The position numbers were made by a program, and so were the translations under genes. DNA of 64,000 nucleotides from TPA_inf: Saccharomyces (Eukaryota): assembly GCA_000146045.2 (NCBI GenBank), contig BK006938.2:384001-448000 (forward strand). The letters run 5' to 3'. Of the stretch, positions 59,512 to 64,000 are shown one piece after another; position 1 is the first letter of the stretch; each line of letters starts with the position of its first letter. The notes beneath the pieces were generated by a model that saw nothing but the letters and a program-made list of their open reading frames with translations, was not told the DNA's origin and did not search any database.

Positions 59512-60310
59512 CGTTTTTATGGTACGCATTCTAGAACTTGAGGGGAAGAAGTCTACGTTTTTAAGTGTTGACAAGCAATTCGCTTGAAAGCGCCAAAATT
59601 CATTGTTTGTTCTACTCGAATTTAAGTTTCCATTTTGGTTGATGTCTTAAGTATACAGAGAAACCGTTTATTAGCGTATATATACAGAAAATTTTATTAT
59701 TTTATATTCAAAAACAAGAAAACAAAAGAGAAAACATTAACATGTAATTTTCATAACTAATAGTCCTAGAAAGTAATACTTTTTACAACTGTTTCTTTAA
59801 ATCCTGTATGAAAGCCCTAGTTGCAGATCATCGTGTTATTCCAGTGAGTTTTCACTTCCCTAAGTCCTTCCTATTTATGTTTTAGTCCTTCTTGCACAGC
59901 AATTTTACTTCGGGCACTGTTGCCGTATATTCTAAAAAAATGAAAAAAACGTTCATGCCCCAGCGAAAACCAGTGTTTCCTCGTATTCGTGTCAGTAATT
60001 ACACCAAAGTTTGTTCTACACTAAATCACGAATAAAGTGGGAGATTGAGTTCAACAAAATATCTGATTATAAAAGTATGAGAACAAGAAAATTAAGGAGC
60101 CTCCATAATAAGGTGCTTTTAATTGAGAATGAATGTTCATTAGTTGCTATATTGATGGTGATGGAACTCCAATTACCTAATCAAAAATATGAATGTTTAT
60201 GCGAATAAGAGTTTGTAAAGAAAAAGATCCCTGTAGACTGGATGTGAGATGATGATTTCATTCCCGGCCTCTTAAATAAAAACAATTACCACTGCAAAAA
60301 TGTTCTTCAA

Positions 60311-60410
60311 ACGCGTTTATTATATAATGAAAAAGAAATTCAAATTTTTCGCGTTTGAAAATTTATGCTAAACAAATAACTCGAGGAGGGACGCGTCGAG
60401 AAAATCGCGT
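60311..60410. promoter_or_regulatory. MCB (MluI cell-cycle box) cluster upstream of MCD1: ACGCGT at 60311-60316 and 60391-60396, plus TCGCGT at 60405-60410
   Basis: Exact ACGCGT hexamers 290-370 bp upstream of the MCD1 ATG. MBF-driven G1/S expression of cohesin Scc1 is established. Confidence 0.65.
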
Positions 60411-60682
60411 CTTTCTACTCTCACAGTGCTTGCATACGTATGGTATACAGTATCAAAAGTAGCAGAATTTGTCTTCATTATGATATATATATATATATGT
60501 ACATATATATAGGGTGCTAAAAAGTATTCTTTTTGCTATTATTATTGCTTAAATCGCCGACCTTTTTCCCATTGTCACGAGAACATAATTGTTAAACCAA
60601 TAAAAGGAAAATCCATAACAAAAAAGGACTGGTCAAAGAAAAGACAACTCAATTGCACAATTACTTTACAAGAAACACGACA

Positions 60683-62383
60683 ATGGTTACAGAAAATCCT
60701 CAACGTCTTACTGTTTTAAGACTTGCCACCAATAAGGGTCCATTAGCACAAATATGGCTTGCTTCAAATATGTCGAATATACCAAGAGGATCGGTTATCC
60801 AAACACATATTGCTGAATCAGCAAAGGAAATTGCAAAAGCTTCTGGCTGTGATGACGAATCAGGGGACAATGAATACATAACTTTACGAACATCTGGCGA
60901 ATTACTTCAAGGCATTGTTCGTGTATATTCCAAACAGGCCACTTTTCTCCTTACAGATATAAAGGACACATTAACGAAGATAAGTATGTTATTTAAAACA
61001 AGCCAGAAGATGACTTCTACAGTAAACAGACTGAACACTGTAACAAGGGTTCATCAATTGATGTTAGAAGATGCCGTTACAGAAAGAGAAGTTTTGGTCA
61101 CCCCAGGGTTAGAGTTCTTAGATGATACTACTATACCAGTGGGCTTAATGGCGCAGGAGAATTCGATGGAAAGAAAAGTCCAAGGTGCTGCTCCCTGGGA
61201 TACTTCACTTGAGGTCGGTAGACGATTCAGTCCAGATGAAGATTTCGAACATAATAATTTGTCTAGTATGAACCTTGATTTTGACATCGAGGAAGGTCCG
61301 ATAACTTCAAAATCTTGGGAAGAAGGAACAAGACAAAGCTCACGCAACTTTGATACGCACGAAAATTACATACAAGATGACGATTTCCCTCTTGATGATG
61401 CTGGAACTATTGGTTGGGATCTAGGGATTACCGAAAAAAATGACCAGAACAACGATGATGACGATAACTCTGTTGAGCAAGGAAGAAGGCTAGGTGAATC
61501 AATCATGTCTGAGGAGCCTACGGATTTTGGATTTGATCTGGATATAGAAAAAGAAGCACCCGCAGGCAATATAGATACGATAACCGATGCCATGACAGAA
61601 TCACAGCCAAAACAAACTGGCACAAGAAGGAACTCAAAATTACTGAATACCAAAAGTATTCAAATCGATGAAGAAACAGAAAATTCAGAAAGCATAGCTT
61701 CATCCAATACATACAAAGAGGAGAGATCGAATAATTTATTGACTCCACAGCCCACCAATTTTACGACTAAAAGATTATGGAGTGAAATAACTGAAAGTAT
61801 GTCCTATTTACCAGATCCAATCCTTAAGAACTTCTTATCCTACGAATCTCTAAAAAAAAGAAAAATACATAATGGGCGAGAAGGGTCAATTGAAGAACCT
61901 GAGTTAAACGTGTCGCTTAATCTTACCGACGATGTAATTAGTAATGCGGGAACAAACGATAACTCCTTCAATGAACTGACCGATAACATGTCAGACTTCG
62001 TACCAATTGATGCTGGCTTAAATGAGGCTCCTTTTCCTGAAGAGAATATCATCGACGCAAAGACTAGAAATGAGCAAACTACCATCCAAACTGAAAAAGT
62101 TCGTCCTACTCCCGGTGAGGTGGCTTCTAAAGCTATTGTTCAAATGGCGAAGATTTTAAGGAAGGAATTAAGCGAAGAAAAAGAAGTAATATTCACGGAT
62201 GTACTAAAAAGTCAAGCAAATACAGAACCAGAAAATATTACTAAAAGAGAAGCCAGTAGAGGATTTTTCGATATTTTATCACTTGCTACAGAAGGATGTA
62301 TTGGTTTGAGTCAAACAGAAGCATTCGGAAATATTAAAATAGACGCCAAACCTGCACTATTTGAAAGGTTTATCAATGCTTAA
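60683..62383 (+). CDS. MCD1: Cohesin kleisin subunit Mcd1/Scc1 (YDL003W)
   Basis: 566 aa from the ATG at 60683 (MVTENPQRLTVLRLATNKG). Rad21/Rec8 N- and C-terminal winged-helix regions. Confidence 0.9.
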   Translation: MVTENPQRLTVLRLATNKGPLAQIWLASNMSNIPRGSVIQTHIAESAKEIAKASGCDDESGDNEYITLRTSGELLQGIVRVYSKQATFLLTDIKDTLTKISMLFKTSQKMTSTVNRLNTVTRVHQLMLEDAVTEREVLVTPGLEFLDDTTIPVGLMAQENSMERKVQGAAPWDTSLEVGRRFSPDEDFEHNNLSSMNLDFDIEEGPITSKSWEEGTRQSSRNFDTHENYIQDDDFPLDDAGTIGWDLGITEKNDQNNDDDDNSVEQGRRLGESIMSEEPTDFGFDLDIEKEAPAGNIDTITDAMTESQPKQTGTRRNSKLLNTKSIQIDEETENSESIASSNTYKEERSNNLLTPQPTNFTTKRLWSEITESMSYLPDPILKNFLSYESLKKRKIHNGREGSIEEPELNVSLNLTDDVISNAGTNDNSFNELTDNMSDFVPIDAGLNEAPFPEENIIDAKTRNEQTTIQTEKVRPTPGEVASKAIVQMAKILRKELSEEKEVIFTDVLKSQANTEPENITKREASRGFFDILSLATEGCIGLSQTEAFGNIKIDAKPALFERFINA

Positions 62384-62966
62384 AACCTAGTTACGCCGAG
62401 GGGATTTCTTGGTGGACCCAATAAGCTGATGCATATATAGATCAAAGACTTTAATTTATAAAATTGTCAATATTTAATATTAATATTCACAAAATACGAT
62501 AAAATTCAAACTAATGCGGTAGAGCCACTACTGGCCGCAAGGCAGAATGATCTTGGCAACTCTACACGCTGGTGCATGGGTAGTATTTATTCTAAAACTT
62601 GCTGTATTATTTTGAATAGTGATATTAGGAATCGTCTGCCCACGTACACCGGTGAAGCCGAAATTTTCTCATGGAAACCTTGGGAATAGAAGAAAGGTCC
62701 ATTGTAAGTGCTACATACTGACCATCTTACATAATCTTACACAACCCTGGTAATAAAGCCACGTCTAGAAAGTTTTCCAGGCCAAACAATCTTCTTTTCC
62801 ATTAGCTTTGGTACATTAGCAGCCAGAGGAAACATTATGCAGTTTTTAAAGGCTCAACTTTTTATCTAATATACAAAACAATAAAGTTGAACAATTTCTG
62901 GATAAAGCGCCTAGAACGTCTTACGATATCTTCAAAGAAAATAGAAAAAAATGGAATTTTTAATTT

Positions 62967-63578
62967 TTAGTTAGAGGAAACTAAACTTCCATCTTCACCT
63001 CCTTTAGAATCAGCTACTTTTGTAGATGATCCTTCCTCGTTATTTTTTATCTTCTGTTCATTCTCTTCTTTATCATCATCCGCATCTATATTAGATATCT
63101 TTTTATTATATATTTCCATTTCCATCTGGTATCTTTCTCTGTCCTCACTATAAAGCTTATAGTACGGTTTCCTATCTTGTTCGTTAAGATTTTTCCAACC
63201 TTCTGCCAGATCTCTTGTCACGTCCAGAGAGCCATTCTGCCTAATCCTTTCCTTATTCATTTCACAGTACAATAAGTATGCATTTGTGGGCCTCTTGGGC
63301 ATATTCGGATCTCTTTCCTTTACTTTGTGTCTTTTAGTTTTAGATTTTCGAAATGGCTTCGTCAATAGTTCCTGTTTGAAGGAGGCCAGAGTCGGCAATG
63401 GATCCTCACAGTTTAACTCAGGATCAAGTTCTATCCTGGATTCCAACCTCTCCAGTAAAACACCGTATTCTAATTTGAGTCTTTTCACCGAAAGTCGTGA
63501 CCTTTGGATTGCAAGTCCAAGCACCACATTCTGATCTTTCAATTCTTCAAGTCTGCGCTTTTTTTCTTCAACTGACAT
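62967..63578 (-). CDS. NHP10: HMG-box protein Nhp10 (YDL002C), INO80 complex
   Basis: 203 aa. HMG box (PKRPTNAYLLYCEMNKERIRQN) and an acidic C-terminal tail. Confidence 0.85.
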   Translation of the reverse strand: MSVEEKKRRLEELKDQNVVLGLAIQRSRLSVKRLKLEYGVLLERLESRIELDPELNCEDPLPTLASFKQELLTKPFRKSKTKRHKVKERDPNMPKRPTNAYLLYCEMNKERIRQNGSLDVTRDLAEGWKNLNEQDRKPYYKLYSEDRERYQMEMEIYNKKISNIDADDDKEENEQKIKNNEEGSSTKVADSKGGEDGSLVSSN

Positions 63579-64000
63579 TTCTTATGTGTTACTATTACCT
63601 ATATCCTGGCTGCTTCTCATCCAATTCTAGCCCCTAGAACGATTTAATATATATGTGCGTGGTAATCATTTCCTTATATTTTAATTGAAATCCTTCCTTT
63701 CTCAGAAGAAAATCTTTTTTCTAAGGAAAATGGAGAACCGTCGGCTCCTTTTGCTTTACTGGTGTATTCTTGTTTTTTCTGTTTGATAATGCGATTTAGG
63801 GCGAAAAACTGCTGACAATACCTTGTCCGCTTTCGTGCACAAGATTTCTTAGCACGAAAATATATCAAGTAACCGTAAAATTATTCCTTTGCCGACTATC
63901 ACCGTAACTGCGGCTAAACAAATCTGTCCAACTACTACTCAGCTTAAATTAGCATTTTAAATACATTTAATATTCAATTAGTCATGGTAGATAGTAATGA

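Noticed and set aside
62400-62960. 560-bp convergent intergenic region between MCD1 and NHP10 as a possible ncRNA or snoRNA locus
   Set aside because: No box C/D (TGATGA..CTGA) or H/ACA arrangement with convincing guide structure found. Most likely just 3' UTRs and terminators.
63983-64000. ATGGTAGATAGTAATGA at the window edge as the start of the next gene (YDL001W/RMD1)
   Set aside because: Only 18 nt are available. I cannot confirm the N-terminus from memory.

Overview
This window matches Saccharomyces cerevisiae nuclear DNA, chromosome IV left arm, reading from the BSC1/YDL038C locus through GPR1, GPD1, NOP1 and RPT2 to NHP10, just left of CEN4. I recognise the gene order, protein lengths and N-termini from memory of the reference genome; I could not run any search. 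It holds about 35 protein-coding genes on both strands, including two spliceosomal-intron genes (ARP2, YDL012C). There are three tRNA genes (tA-AGC, tT-AGU, tS-AGA). Two of them are flanked upstream by solo Ty delta LTR remnants. There are several coding minisatellites and homopolymeric Asn/Gln tracts, and recognisable promoter elements (PACE, PAC/RRPE, MCB, HSE/YRE/PDRE, Rap1-like). I corrected the starts of ORF-track entries that begin at non-ATG codons (TTG/GTG) or at an upstream ATG (SLM3, MPS1, RTK1) to the recognised ATG. I see no support for a novel multi-gene system. The items of interest are local: a stop-codon-interrupted adhesin-like ORF with a signal peptide that lacks an ATG, a perfect 22-bp palindrome, inverted LTR fragments, and regulatory motif clusters.
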